Assembly: GCA_050010955.1 (NCBI GenBank)
Contig: JBEKJZ010000002.1
Coordinates: 10,961-74,960, forward strand
DNA from: Xanthobacteraceae bacterium
Lineage (GTDB): Bacteria > Pseudomonadota > Alphaproteobacteria > Rhizobiales > Xanthobacteraceae
Direction: 5' to 3'
Length of the DNA stretch: 64,000 bases
In this document: in pieces, positions 54,550 through 63,700 of the stretch
How the letters are laid out: each line of letters opens with the position of its first letter
Position numbering within the stretch: the stretch's first letter is position 1
Translations under genes and position numbers: made by a program
The notes under the pieces: model-generated
What the model was told of the DNA's origin: nothing
Seen by the model: the letters and a program-made list of their open reading frames with translations, nothing else
The model's database searches: none

Positions 54550-55842
54550 TCATGGCCGCGTCTGTCCGCTGCCGCGGATGCGGTACTTGAAACTGGTGAG
54601 CTGTTCGACACCGACAGGGCCGCGCGCGTGCAGCCTGCCGGTGGCGATGCCGATCTCCCCGCCGAAGCCGAACTCACCGCCATCGGCAAACTGCGTCGAA
54701 GCATTATGCAGGACGATCGCCGAATCCACCTCGCGCAGAAACTTCTCCGCCGCCGCCTTGTCCTCGGTGACGATCGCGTCGGTGTGATGCGAGCCGTAGC
54801 GCTCGATATGAGCGATCGCGGCGTCGACGCCGTCGACCACACCCGCGGTCAGAATAGCGTCGAGATACTCAGTGCCCCAATCGGCCTCGGTCGCCGGCCT
54901 GACGCGGCGATCGACCGCCTGCGCCGCGGCATCGCCGCGGATTTCGCAGCCGGCATCGATGAGCATGCCGATGAGCGGCTTGAGCAGTTTCGGCGCGCCG
55001 GTGCGATCGACCAGCAAGGTTTCAGCCGCTCCGCACACGCCGGTGCGGCGCATCTTGGCATTGAGCACGATGGCTTTGGCCATCTCAAGTTTGGCCGCCC
55101 GATCGATATAGACATGACAGACGCCTTCGAGATGCGCGAACACCGGCACGCGCGCCTCCGCCTGCACCCGGGCGACAAGGTCCTTGCCGCCGCGCGGCAC
55201 GATCACGTCGATGGCACCGTCGAGCCCGGCGAGCATCATGCCGACGGCGGCGCGCTCGCGTGTCGGCACGAGCGAAATCGCGGCCGCCGGCAACCCGGCC
55301 TCGACCAGGCCTTCGACCAACGCGGCATGAATAGCGCGAGCCGAACGGAAGCCTTCGGAACCGCCGCGCAGGATCACGGCGTTCCCGGCCTTCAGGCACA
55401 ACGCGCCGGCATCTGCCGTGACATTGGGCCGGCTCTCGTAGATCACGCCAATAACGCCGAGCGGCACCCGCACCCGCTCGATGCGCATTCCGTTCGGACG
55501 CCGCCACGACGTCATGATGGTGCCCACCGGGTCCTTGAGCTTGCGGATGGCATCGAGCCCGGCCGCCATCGCCTCGATTCGCTCGGCGTTGAGCGACAAC
55601 CGGTCGAGAAAGGCGGCAGTCACGCCCGCGGACTTTGCCGCGGCCAAGTCCTCTGCATTCGCGGCCAGGATCGCCGGCCGCGCCCGGCGCAGGGCCTTGG
55701 CCATGGCGGCAAGCGCACGATTCTTGCGTGCTGCTGGCGCAAGCGCGAGCACACGGGCGGCCTTGCGCGTTTCGCGACCGATCTCGAGCATCGTCGCGTC
55801 AAGCTTCCCGGCGCCTTCCACCGCCTTCAGGGGGGCATTCAT
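54550..55842 (-). CDS. proA: glutamate-5-semialdehyde dehydrogenase
   Basis: 430 aa; typical ProA over its whole length (..[10 protein letters not shown].., ..[14 protein letters not shown]..). Confidence 0.95.
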   Translation of the reverse strand: MNAPLKAVEGAGKLDATMLEIGRETRKAARVLALAPAARKNRALAAMAKALRRARPAILAANAEDLAAAKSAGVTAAFLDRLSLNAERIEAMAAGLDAIRKLKDPVGTIMTSWRRPNGMRIERVRVPLGVIGVIYESRPNVTADAGALCLKAGNAVILRGGSEGFRSARAIHAALVEGLVEAGLPAAAISLVPTRERAAVGMMLAGLDGAIDVIVPRGGKDLVARVQAEARVPVFAHLEGVCHVYIDRAAKLEMAKAIVLNAKMRRTGVCGAAETLLVDRTGAPKLLKPLIGMLIDAGCEIRGDAAAQAVDRRVRPATEADWGTEYLDAILTAGVVDGVDAAIAHIERYGSHHTDAIVTEDKAAAEKFLREVDSAIVLHNASTQFADGGEFGFGGEIGIATGRLHARGPVGVEQLTSFKYRIRGSGQTRP

Positions 55843-55964
55843 GGCATTGATCCGTCTCGCGTTCAGCGTTTCTTACCATGTTCGGCGCGGCCCGGCGAGG
55901 CGGTGTGGCGTGGTCGTTGTCCACAGCAATCCCCCGGTATTCGTACCCCGGTCATAGAGTTCGA

Positions 55965-55990
55965 GGAACCTGCCTAAAGCTGAGGACGTT
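55965..55990 (+). promoter_or_regulatory. consensus EcfG (GSR) promoter
   Basis: GGAAC (55965-69)-N17-CGTT (55987-90), 30 nt upstream of ATG 56020, which has a GGGAGG SD. Confidence 0.6.
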
Positions 55991-56019
55991 GCGCTCCAGG
56001 TTTCGCAACGGGAGGTGCC

Positions 56020-56334
56020 ATGAGGTTGCCAGTTGAACGTCTACCCCGCCGTTTGCCGCGGCGGTTCCCGGTCGGCGCCACCTATGTGATCGAGGGTTAC
56101 CGGGCCCAGGAAGGCCATTTGCGGGTTATTGCCCGCTACGTTGTGTTGCCCGGCGGCCGCCGGATCAATGTCACGGCTGATCTCAGCCGGTCCACTGCCT
56201 CGCCGCGCGCTCGGGCTTTCCGCCGCACTGGGAATCCTGAGCAATCTCAAGCCAAAAGCCGATCCGCGCGCGGCGGCAAAAAAAATCGCAGGCCGCCGCG
56301 GAACCCGGTAACCCCGCCGGCGTTGACTTGGTAG
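56020..56334 (+). CDS. small, very basic hypothetical protein inserted between proA and proB
   Basis: 104-aa ORF with SD GGGAGG, an upstream EcfG motif and a downstream terminator. Many A/T-ending codons and an A8 run (56278-85), so coding status is not certain. Confidence 0.4.
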   Translation: MRLPVERLPRRLPRRFPVGATYVIEGYRAQEGHLRVIARYVVLPGGRRINVTADLSRSTASPRARAFRRTGNPEQSQAKSRSARGGKKNRRPPRNPVTPPALTW

Positions 56335-56380
56335 CGCCGGGCGAAGCCCCCCAGCCCCTCACCCTCAATCACCCGGCGTC

Positions 56381-56421
56381 GAACCCCGGCCGCGTCAAGC
56401 GGTCGGGGTTCTCTTCTTCTC
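56381..56421 (+). terminator. intrinsic terminator-like hairpin after the small ORF
   Basis: GAACCCCGGCCGC (56381-93) / GCGGTCGGGGTTC (56399-411), 13 bp including one G-U, then TCTTCTTCTC. Confidence 0.55.
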
Positions 56422-56497
56422 GGCAACGCATCGGGCCGGGTGTGCGGACCCTCCTTCGGGATGACATCCGGCTCTTTGGTTAGCTCGTGGACACTCG

Positions 56498-57622
56498 TTA
56501 TTCCCGGCCGACCACCAGATCGTCGCGATGCACCATCTCCGCGCGGCCGCGGAAGCCGAGAATCGACTCGATAGCGGCGGACGATCGGCCGCGGATTTTC
56601 TGAGCATCCTCGGCGTCATAGGCACACAGGCCGCGGCCGATTTCCGCTCCGTCGAGACCGCGGATAATGACCGCGTCGCCGCGCGCAAAGCCGCCCTCGA
56701 TGCTGACGACGCCGGCCGGCAACAGGCTCTTACCGCGCCGTAACGCCGCGACAGCGCCGGCGTCGATCACCAGCGTACCCTTGGGCTCGAGCGCCCCGGC
56801 AATCCACTTCTTGCGCGCCGTCACCGGATTCGCCGCCGTGAGAAACCATGTGCAGCGCGCTCCCTCGGCGATCGCGCGTAACGGATGATCGCGGCGGCCC
56901 GAGGCGATGACCATATGGGTGCCGGCATTGCTGGCGATCCGCGCAGCTTCGATCTTGGTCTGCATGCCGCCGCGCGACAGTTCCGAGCCAGGCGCGCCAG
57001 CCATCGCCTCGATGTCAGGCGTGATGCGGGCGACGCACGCAATGTGCCGCGCCGAGGCATTCCTCTCCGGCGGCGCGTCATAAAGCCCGTCGACGTCCGA
57101 CAACAGCACCAGAAGATCGGCGCTCACCATGGTGGCGACGCGCGCCGCCAGGCGATCATTGTCGCCGTAGCGAATTTCGCTGGTCGCAACCGTGTCGTTT
57201 TCGTTGATGACCGGCACCGCACGCCATTCCAGCAGCGTGTCGATGGTGGAACGCGCGTTGAGATAACGCCGCCGCTCTTCGGTGTCGCCGAGCGTCACCA
57301 GCACCTGACCGGCGGTGATGCCATGGCGCGATAGCGCCTCGGCCCAGGTGCGCGCCAGCGCGATCTGGCCGACCGCTGCGGCCGCCTGGCTGTCTTCGAG
57401 CTTGAGCGGACCGCCGGGAAGCTTGAGCACTGCGCGGCCCAGCGCGATCGCGCCGGAGGAGACGACCAAGATGTCGCGTCTCTCGCGATGGAGCGCGGCG
57501 AGATCATCAGCCAGCGAGGCCAGCCAGGCCTCCCTGAGTTTTCCGGCTTGCGAATCGACCAGCAGCGAGGAGCCGACCTTGACGACGACACGGCGGAAGT
57601 CGGCGAGCGCAGGAATTTTCAT
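56498..57622 (-). CDS. proB: glutamate 5-kinase
   Basis: ..[15 protein letters not shown].. and a C-terminal PUA domain. ATG 57622 preferred. The track start GTG 57658 would overlap the crp stop (GTGA). Confidence 0.93.
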   Translation of the reverse strand: MKIPALADFRRVVVKVGSSLLVDSQAGKLREAWLASLADDLAALHRERRDILVVSSGAIALGRAVLKLPGGPLKLEDSQAAAAVGQIALARTWAEALSRHGITAGQVLVTLGDTEERRRYLNARSTIDTLLEWRAVPVINENDTVATSEIRYGDNDRLAARVATMVSADLLVLLSDVDGLYDAPPERNASARHIACVARITPDIEAMAGAPGSELSRGGMQTKIEAARIASNAGTHMVIASGRRDHPLRAIAEGARCTWFLTAANPVTARKKWIAGALEPKGTLVIDAGAVAALRRGKSLLPAGVVSIEGGFARGDAVIIRGLDGAEIGRGLCAYDAEDAQKIRGRSSAAIESILGFRGRAEMVHRDDLVVGRE

Positions 57623-57654
57623 GGCGGGATCGGGCGGCAGGCGGGCGGATGTCG

Positions 57655-58338
57655 TCACAACTCGGCTTCGTGTTCAAGCTGCGCCTTGTTCTCAAGGCAA
57701 TAATAGCCGGACAGTCGGCTCACCAGCTTGCGGCGTTTCCAATCATTGAGGATGCGGCTCACGTTCTCCCGCGCAATGCCGGCCATGGCGGCGATATCGC
57801 TTTGCCCGATCTTCTGTCGGATGACAATGCGGCCGGAGCCGACATCCTGGCCGAAATTCTCGGCGAGTTCGAGCAAGGTCGAGGCGACGCGGCCGCGAAG
57901 CGGCAGGAAACTACCGGCGGCGATCACCGAATCGGTCTCGCGCAAGCGGGTGGCAAGCAGTGTGACCAGCGTTTTATAGATCTCGGGATGTTTTCGCGTG
58001 AACGCTTCGAACGCGGCACGGCTGAGAAAATTCAATGCGGCGTCGCGTACCGCCACGACCGACGCCGAGCGCGTCCGCCCGTCGATCATGGAAAGCTCGC
58101 CGACAATGGCGCCGGGGCCGAGGAAGGCGAGGATGCGCTCGGCGCCGGAGCGCGAAACCATCGTCACCTTGAGCAAACCGTCCTCGATCCGATAGCAGCC
58201 GTCGCCGGGGTCGCCGGCAAGAAACAGCACCTCGTCGGCGGCGAGCCGCACCGGCTTGGCGCCGGCAAACAGGTTGGCCGAGAGACGCCCGGGCAATTCC
58301 GCAAGCAGGCTCGGACCCGGACGGTTGTCTTTTGGCAT
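57655..58338 (-). CDS. Crp/Fnr family transcriptional regulator
   Basis: 227 aa; cNMP-binding-like domain and HTH with recognition helix ..[10 protein letters not shown].. Confidence 0.88.
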   Translation of the reverse strand: MPKDNRPGPSLLAELPGRLSANLFAGAKPVRLAADEVLFLAGDPGDGCYRIEDGLLKVTMVSRSGAERILAFLGPGAIVGELSMIDGRTRSASVVAVRDAALNFLSRAAFEAFTRKHPEIYKTLVTLLATRLRETDSVIAAGSFLPLRGRVASTLLELAENFGQDVGSGRIVIRQKIGQSDIAAMAGIARENVSRILNDWKRRKLVSRLSGYYCLENKAQLEHEAEL

Positions 58339-58400
58339 AAAGCCCCCTCACCCCTCCGGCTCGGGACAGCGCTGCTGTAAGCATGAGGCAGAATGGGTCA

Positions 58401-58436
58401 CAATAAAAGCCCGCCCGGACTTTTGTCCGGGCGGGC
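58401..58436 (-). terminator. rho-independent terminator 65 nt upstream of the crp-family start codon
   Basis: Minus strand GCCCGCCCGGAC-AAAA-GTCCGGGCGGGC (12-bp stem, 58409-20 / 58425-36) followed by TTTTATTG. Confidence 0.8.
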
Positions 58437-58573
58437 GGAGTAGGCCCTTCTCAGGGCCGTGGGGGTGTTTTGGGGACCGAGATTCCACCCCTTTCGGGGC
58501 CGCCGCCGGCCCGTTGGGGGGTCGGGGGGGATGCGCAGGGCCGCGCGGCAGACCGAACTGTATTCTTAAGCTT
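58401..58573 (-). ncRNA. candidate structured leader or sRNA with C-tracts upstream of crp-family gene
   Basis: Minus strand carries C7-GA-C6 (58516-30), the CCCCGAAAGGGG hairpin (58488-99), C4/C5 tracts (58461-75), the GGCCCUGAGAAGGGCC hairpin (58443-58), then the terminator. The 5' end is inferred from promoter geometry. Confidence 0.35.
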
Positions 58574-58606
58574 GAGAAAACCTTAACGGCTCGCTCGTGA
58601 CGGCGA

Positions 58607-58622
58607 AGTGACCGCCATCACA
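58607..58622. promoter_or_regulatory. CRP-like palindromic box TGTGA-N6-TCACT
   Basis: + strand AGTGA CCGCCA TCACA. If centred at -41.5 on the minus strand, it places a -10 TAAGGT at 58580-85 and +1 near 58573. Extra GTGAC repeats at 58598-602 and 58628-32. Confidence 0.45.
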
Positions 58623-58700
58623 CAAAGTGACTTTATCGTAAACTATTGATTTACCAGTATTTTTCGCGGAAATCCGGCAATGTTGCCGCTCACGCATGCA

Positions 58701-59603
58701 TTAAGGGCGGGGTGCGCGCACTTTGACGCCGGCGCGTTTCTCCACCGGCTGCACGATCGCGGTGAGGTCGGCGTCCGGCCCAAGCTCCTCGCAGGTGAGT
58801 TGCAACAGCTGGGCGACCGCCTCGATCACTTGCGTCGGCACGCCGAGTGCTGCGCCCTCATCGAGAAAGAGTTTGACGTCCTTCATCATCAGCCCGGCCG
58901 TGAAGCCGAGATCGAACGTGCCGGGGAGGATGGCTTTGGCGAATTTTTGTTCGGTCGCCGTGTTGCGCCCGGTGCCGGCGTTGATCACGTCGAGCATGAT
59001 GCGCGGATCGAGCCCCGCCTTCACGCCCATCACCATCGCTTCCGACGTCGCCGCCATTGCCGTCGCCGACAGCACGTTGTTGACGAGTTTCATGGTCTGC
59101 CCGGCGCCCGGCCGCTCGCCGAGGATGAAAACCTTGCCCAACACCGCGAGCGCCGGCTCGATCGCCGCGATCTCGGCGCGCGGGCCCGACACCATGACGG
59201 CGAGCGTGCCCGTTTCCGCGCCGCGTACGCCGCCGCTCACCGGACTGTCGATCTGGACGATGTCGTGCTGCGCCAAGAGCTTGAAGATGCGCTGCGCCAT
59301 CGCCGCGCCGGTGGTCGACAGATCGACGAAGCGGCGGACGCGTTTGCCTTCGATCACACCGCGCGGACCGGTCGCGACCGCAAGCACGATATCCGGCGTC
59401 GGCAAACTCGCCATCACCGTCTCGGCCGCGTCGGCGACCTCCGCCGGCGAGCGCGCCGCGATCGCACCGCGCGCGCTTAGATTCCCGATCGCTTCCTGGC
59501 GCGTGTCGTAGACGACGACGCGGTGTCCGGCCTCAATGAGCCGCCGCGCCATCGGCAAGCCCATATTGCCGAGACCAATGAAGCCGATGTCCATGGCATT
59601 CAC
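58701..59603 (-). CDS. NAD(P)-dependent oxidoreductase, 3-hydroxyisobutyrate dehydrogenase family
   Basis: MDIGFIGLGNMGLPMARRL Rossmann N-terminus; 300 aa. Confidence 0.88.
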   Translation of the reverse strand: MNAMDIGFIGLGNMGLPMARRLIEAGHRVVVYDTRQEAIGNLSARGAIAARSPAEVADAAETVMASLPTPDIVLAVATGPRGVIEGKRVRRFVDLSTTGAAMAQRIFKLLAQHDIVQIDSPVSGGVRGAETGTLAVMVSGPRAEIAAIEPALAVLGKVFILGERPGAGQTMKLVNNVLSATAMAATSEAMVMGVKAGLDPRIMLDVINAGTGRNTATEQKFAKAILPGTFDLGFTAGLMMKDVKLFLDEGAALGVPTQVIEAVAQLLQLTCEELGPDADLTAIVQPVEKRAGVKVRAPRP

Positions 59604-59609
59604 CTGTGA

Positions 59610-60746
59610 TCATTTGGCGTTGACTGAAGCCGCCATGAATTCAGCCCGCACCTTCTCGGTATGCTCGCCGAGCGCAGGGACCGGGCCGTAATGGCGCGAC
59701 GTGGAGGTGCGCTGTTCGGCCGGTGCCGGATAGGACACCGGGCCGCTCGGCGTGCCGACCGTGATGCGGCGAAGATGCGGATGATGCGCGAGGTCGGCCG
59801 GCGTGTTGACGCGCGCAAACGCGATATCGGCGTCGGCGAGTTTTTGGATGAGGATTTCCGCGTCGAGCGTGCCGAACATTGCCGCCACCTTGCCGTCGGT
59901 CGCGACGCGACGCTTCATGCGCTCAACGTTCGTGGCAAAGGCCGGATCGTCCGCCAGCGTGGCGTCGTCCAATACCGTTGCCGCCAGCACGCGCCATTCG
60001 CGATCGTTCTGGATCGCAATGAGGATGTCGACGCCGTCACGGCTGCGAAACGCGCCGTAAGGCGCGATCGAAGTATGCGCGAGGCCCAGCCGCTGCGGCG
60101 GCTTACCGCCCTCTTGCTGGATGAGCGGAACCGCCATCCAATCGGCCATGGCGTCGAACATCGAAACCGACAACTCGGCGCCTTCGCCGCTGCGCTGCCG
60201 CGCGATCAGCGCCTCGAGAATCGCCTCGTAGGCATTCATGCCGGCGGTGATGTCGACGACGGAAACGCCGACCCGCGACGGCTCCGTCGTGCCGGTAATC
60301 GAGGCGAGGCCGGATTCCGCCTGGATCAACAGGTCATAGGCCTTGCGCCGCGCATACGGCCCGCTGTCGCCGAAGCCTGAAATCGTGCAGCAGATCAGCC
60401 GCGGGTGCTGGCGTCGCAGCCGCGCGATGGGAAAGCCGAGCTTATCCACCGCGCCAGGCTTGAGATTCTGCACGAACACGTCGGCGCGGGCGATCATCGC
60501 CGCTAGGACCGCCTTGTCCTTGGCGCCGGTGAGATCGAGCACGACCGATTCCTTGCCGCGATTGAGCCAGACGAAATAGCTGCATTCGCCATGCGCGAGG
60601 TCGTCGTAGCTGCGGGCGAAGTCGCCTTCCGGCCGCTCGATCTTGATGACGCGCGCGCCGGCATCGGCGAGCCGGCAGGTGCACATCGGCGCGGCGACCG
60701 CCTGTTCGAGCGAGACGACGAGAAGGCCGGAAAGGGGCAGGGTCAT
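59610..60746 (-). CDS. family III CoA-transferase (CaiB/BaiF)
   Basis: Start MTLPLSGLLVVSLEQAVAAPMCT.. (ATG 60746); ..GARVIKIERPEGD.. motif. The upstream part of the track ORF is spurious. Confidence 0.9.
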   Translation of the reverse strand: MTLPLSGLLVVSLEQAVAAPMCTCRLADAGARVIKIERPEGDFARSYDDLAHGECSYFVWLNRGKESVVLDLTGAKDKAVLAAMIARADVFVQNLKPGAVDKLGFPIARLRRQHPRLICCTISGFGDSGPYARRKAYDLLIQAESGLASITGTTEPSRVGVSVVDITAGMNAYEAILEALIARQRSGEGAELSVSMFDAMADWMAVPLIQQEGGKPPQRLGLAHTSIAPYGAFRSRDGVDILIAIQNDREWRVLAATVLDDATLADDPAFATNVERMKRRVATDGKVAAMFGTLDAEILIQKLADADIAFARVNTPADLAHHPHLRRITVGTPSGPVSYPAPAEQRTSTSRHYGPVPALGEHTEKVRAEFMAASVNAK

Positions 60747-60747
60747 C

Positions 60748-61905
60748 TCAATACGACCGTGGCAGCCCGAGCACGTGCTCGGCGATGTAGGACAGAATGA
60801 GATTGGTGGAAATCGGCGCCACGGTATAAAGCCGGGTCTCGCGGAATTTGCGCTCGATGTCGAATTCTTCGGCAAAGCCGAAGCCGCCATGGGTCTGCAC
60901 GCACATGTCGGCCGCCGCCCAGGAGGCTTCGGCGGCGAGGTGCTTGGCCATATTCGCTTCGGCGCCGCAGTTCTTGCCGGCTTCGTAGAGCGTGGCCGCC
61001 TCACGCACCATCAATTCGGCGGCGCGCATGCCGATATAAGCGCGCGCGATGGGAAATTGGACGCCCTGGTTCTGCCCGATCGGCCGACCGAACACCACGC
61101 GCTCGCCGGCATAGGCCGCGGCCTTGGCGATGAACCACTTGGCGTCGCCGATGCATTCGGCGGCGATGAGAATGCGCTCGGCATTCATGCCGGACAGGAT
61201 GTAGCGAAAACCCTGCCCCTCCACGCCGACAAGATTGTCGGCCGGCACCCGCATGTTCTCGAAAAAAACCTCGGTGGTGGCGTGATTCATCATGGTGCGG
61301 ATGGGCCGAATGGTCAGCCCCTTGTCCTTCACCTCGCGCATGTCGATGAGGAACACCGACAGGCCGGCGGTGCGCGACGCCGCCTGTTCCCGCGGCGTGG
61401 TCCGCGCCAACAGCAACATGAGATCGGAATGTTCGGCGCGCGAGGTCCAGATCTTCTGGCCATTGATGACGTAGTGATCGCCTTCGCGCGCCGCCGTGGT
61501 GCGCAGACTGAGTGTATCGGTGCCGGAGGTCGGCTCGGTCACCCCGAAGGCCTGCAGCCGCAATTCGCCGCGCGCGATGCCCGGCAGATAGCGCGCCTTC
61601 TGTTCGGCGCTGCCATGACGCAGCACCGTGCCCATCGTGTACATCTGGGCGTGACAGGCCGCGCCATTGCAGCCCGAGGCCTGGATTTCCTCCATGATGG
61701 CGGCGGCGGCCGTCATGGTCAGGCCGCTGCCGCCGTATTCCTCCGGGATCAGCGCGGCGAGAAAACCGGCCTTGGTCAAGGCCGCGACGAATTCTTCCGG
61801 ATAGGCGCGCTCGCGGTCGAGACCGCGCCAATAGGCGCCGGGAAAATTTCCACACAGCGCCCGCACCGCCTCGCGAATTGGTGCGAGGTCGGCGGCTTCC
61901 GTCAC
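60748..61905 (-). CDS. acyl-CoA dehydrogenase
   Basis: 385 aa; typical ACAD N, M and C domains (..GVTEPTSGTD.., ..QTHGGFGFAEEFDIER..). Confidence 0.92.
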   Translation of the reverse strand: MTEAADLAPIREAVRALCGNFPGAYWRGLDRERAYPEEFVAALTKAGFLAALIPEEYGGSGLTMTAAAAIMEEIQASGCNGAACHAQMYTMGTVLRHGSAEQKARYLPGIARGELRLQAFGVTEPTSGTDTLSLRTTAAREGDHYVINGQKIWTSRAEHSDLMLLLARTTPREQAASRTAGLSVFLIDMREVKDKGLTIRPIRTMMNHATTEVFFENMRVPADNLVGVEGQGFRYILSGMNAERILIAAECIGDAKWFIAKAAAYAGERVVFGRPIGQNQGVQFPIARAYIGMRAAELMVREAATLYEAGKNCGAEANMAKHLAAEASWAAADMCVQTHGGFGFAEEFDIERKFRETRLYTVAPISTNLILSYIAEHVLGLPRSY

Positions 61906-62756
61906 GGCTTCACCTCAGCGCGGCCGTTGTTGATAGCGATGACGTCGCGCTCGGCGACGCGGGCGCGAAAGCTCACTACGGCACCGTCGCGCCACATCTC
62001 GGTGCGGATGGTCTCGCCGGGAAAGACCGGCGCGGAAAAACGCCCGGCAAACGCCACCAGTCGGGTGGGGTCGTAGCCGCACAGCGTTTTCAGCACGGCG
62101 TGGCCCGAAACGCCGAAAGTGCCGAGCCCGTGCAGGATCGGGCGCGGGAAACCGGCGGCCCGGGCGAAGGCGGGCTCGGCATGCAGCGGATTATAATCGC
62201 CGCTCAAGCGGTAGATCAGCGCCATTTCCGGGCGGGTGGGCAGATCGCAGATCAGGTCGGGAGCGCGCGCCGGAATCGGATGCGGCGCCGGCGCCTCGCG
62301 CGGCGGCCCGCCGAAGCCGCCGTCGCCGCGGCAGAACGCTGTCCCCGTGATGGTCGCAATTAACTCGCCGGTCGCCTTATCGGTCACCTTGCGTTCGTAG
62401 AGGATGAGCGCGCCTTTTCCAGCGCCCTTGTCGATCACCTCCAGGATGCGTGTACGGCCGACCAGTATGCCTTGGCCCTTGAGCGGCCGATGCAGCGTGA
62501 AGCCCTGCTCGCCGTTGACCACCTTGACGTAATCGATGCCGGTGTTGCGCACCCATGAACCGCCGTAGCCAAGGACGGTCGCCATCGTCGGCAGCACCTT
62601 CAGGTTTTTTTCGTAGACGAAGGCGAGCTCGTCCTCGTTCGTCGGATCGTGGCCGAGCCCGACGCCGAGCGCGTAGAGCATGCAGTCCTTCGGCGCGTAA
62701 CTCTCCTCGGCCGGCGGGATCTGCAGCGCCATCAGTTTATCGTAGACGATAGCCAT
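61902..62756 (-). CDS. MaoC-like double hot-dog (R)-hydratase
   Basis: 284 aa; ..YRLSGDYNPLHAEP.. hydratase motif in the C-terminal half; 4-nt overlap with the ACAD gene. Confidence 0.85.
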   Translation of the reverse strand: MAIVYDKLMALQIPPAEESYAPKDCMLYALGVGLGHDPTNEDELAFVYEKNLKVLPTMATVLGYGGSWVRNTGIDYVKVVNGEQGFTLHRPLKGQGILVGRTRILEVIDKGAGKGALILYERKVTDKATGELIATITGTAFCRGDGGFGGPPREAPAPHPIPARAPDLICDLPTRPEMALIYRLSGDYNPLHAEPAFARAAGFPRPILHGLGTFGVSGHAVLKTLCGYDPTRLVAFAGRFSAPVFPGETIRTEMWRDGAVVSFRARVAERDVIAINNGRAEVKP

Positions 62757-62785
62757 AACTCACTCCGTTCTGTCCCGCTGGGCTT

Positions 62786-63700
62786 TCACACCGGGTCCCA
62801 CGAAAACACCTCAGGCGACCGTTCGAGGGGCGTAAAGGAACTGGCGAACGCAGCTTTGAGCTGCGCCGCGAGCTTTTGCGGCGTCCAGCCATCGGCGCGA
62901 TGCAAGGTGCGGATCGGCCGGTTCTGGTTGAACAGGTAAATTTCGTTGTTGCGCGCCGAAAGGATTTGCCCGGTGATGCCGGAGGCTTGGTCGGAGGCGA
63001 GATAGACGACGAGCGGCGCGACTTTTTCCGGCGTCACTTGGCTGGCGCGGGCGACGCGCGCCTTTTCCTCCTCGGTCTCCGCCGGGATCGACTGCACCAT
63101 GCGCGTCCAGGCGAACGGCGACACGCAATTCGAGCGCACGTTGAACCGCGCCATGTCGAGCGCGATGCCGCGCGAAAGTCCGAGAATGCCGAGCTTCGCC
63201 GCCATGTAATTGGCCTGGCCGAAGTTGCCGATCAGCCCGGACGTCGACGTCATGTGCACATAGCTACCGGACTTCTGCTCGCGGAAATGCGTGGCGCAAG
63301 CACGGCTCATGATGAAGCTGCCGTTGAGATGCACGTTGATCACGTCCGACCAGTCGGACCAGCTCATGCGGTGAAAGATGCGGTCGCGCAGGATGCCGGC
63401 ATTATTGACCAGGATGTCGACGCGACCGAAGGCATCGAGCGTCGATTTCACGATCTTGTCGCCGTTCGCCGGCTCGCTGATCGACAGCGTCGAGGCGATC
63501 GCCTGGCCACCGGCTTTTTTGATCTCCTCGACGACGGAATGCGCCGGCGAGGCGTCGGTGCCTTCGCCTTCGAGGCTGGCCCCGATATCGCAGACCACGA
63601 CGCGGGCGCCTTCCTGCGCCAGCAAAAGCGCGATGGCCCGCCCGATGCCCCGCCCCGCGCCGGTGACGATGGCGACTTTGCCTTCCACAATGCCTGGCAT
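62786..63700 (-). CDS. SDR family oxidoreductase (MFE-2-type 3-hydroxyacyl-CoA dehydrogenase-like)
   Basis: Start MPGIVEGKVAIVTGAGRGIGRA (ATG 63700); ..YMAAK.. active site. Confidence 0.88.
   Translation of the reverse strand: MPGIVEGKVAIVTGAGRGIGRAIALLLAQEGARVVVCDIGASLEGEGTDASPAHSVVEEIKKAGGQAIASTLSISEPANGDKIVKSTLDAFGRVDILVNNAGILRDRIFHRMSWSDWSDVINVHLNGSFIMSRACATHFREQKSGSYVHMTSTSGLIGNFGQANYMAAKLGILGLSRGIALDMARFNVRSNCVSPFAWTRMVQSIPAETEEEKARVARASQVTPEKVAPLVVYLASDQASGITGQILSARNNEIYLFNQNRPIRTLHRADGWTPQKLAAQLKAAFASSFTPLERSPEVFSWDPV

Noticed and set aside
54474-54842. Upstream extension of the nadD ORF
   Set aside because: It overlaps the 3' end of proA in another frame, and the NadD motif starts far downstream.
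54121-55977. 618-aa + strand ORF
   Set aside because: It is antisense to nadD/proA and shows no recognisable motifs, whereas the - strand gives clear ProA and NadD.
58645-58660. TTGAT half-site (FNR/FixK-like) upstream of the crp-family gene
   Set aside because: Only one half of TTGAT-N4-ATCAA is present. The TGTGA-N6-TCACT site nearby is a much better match.
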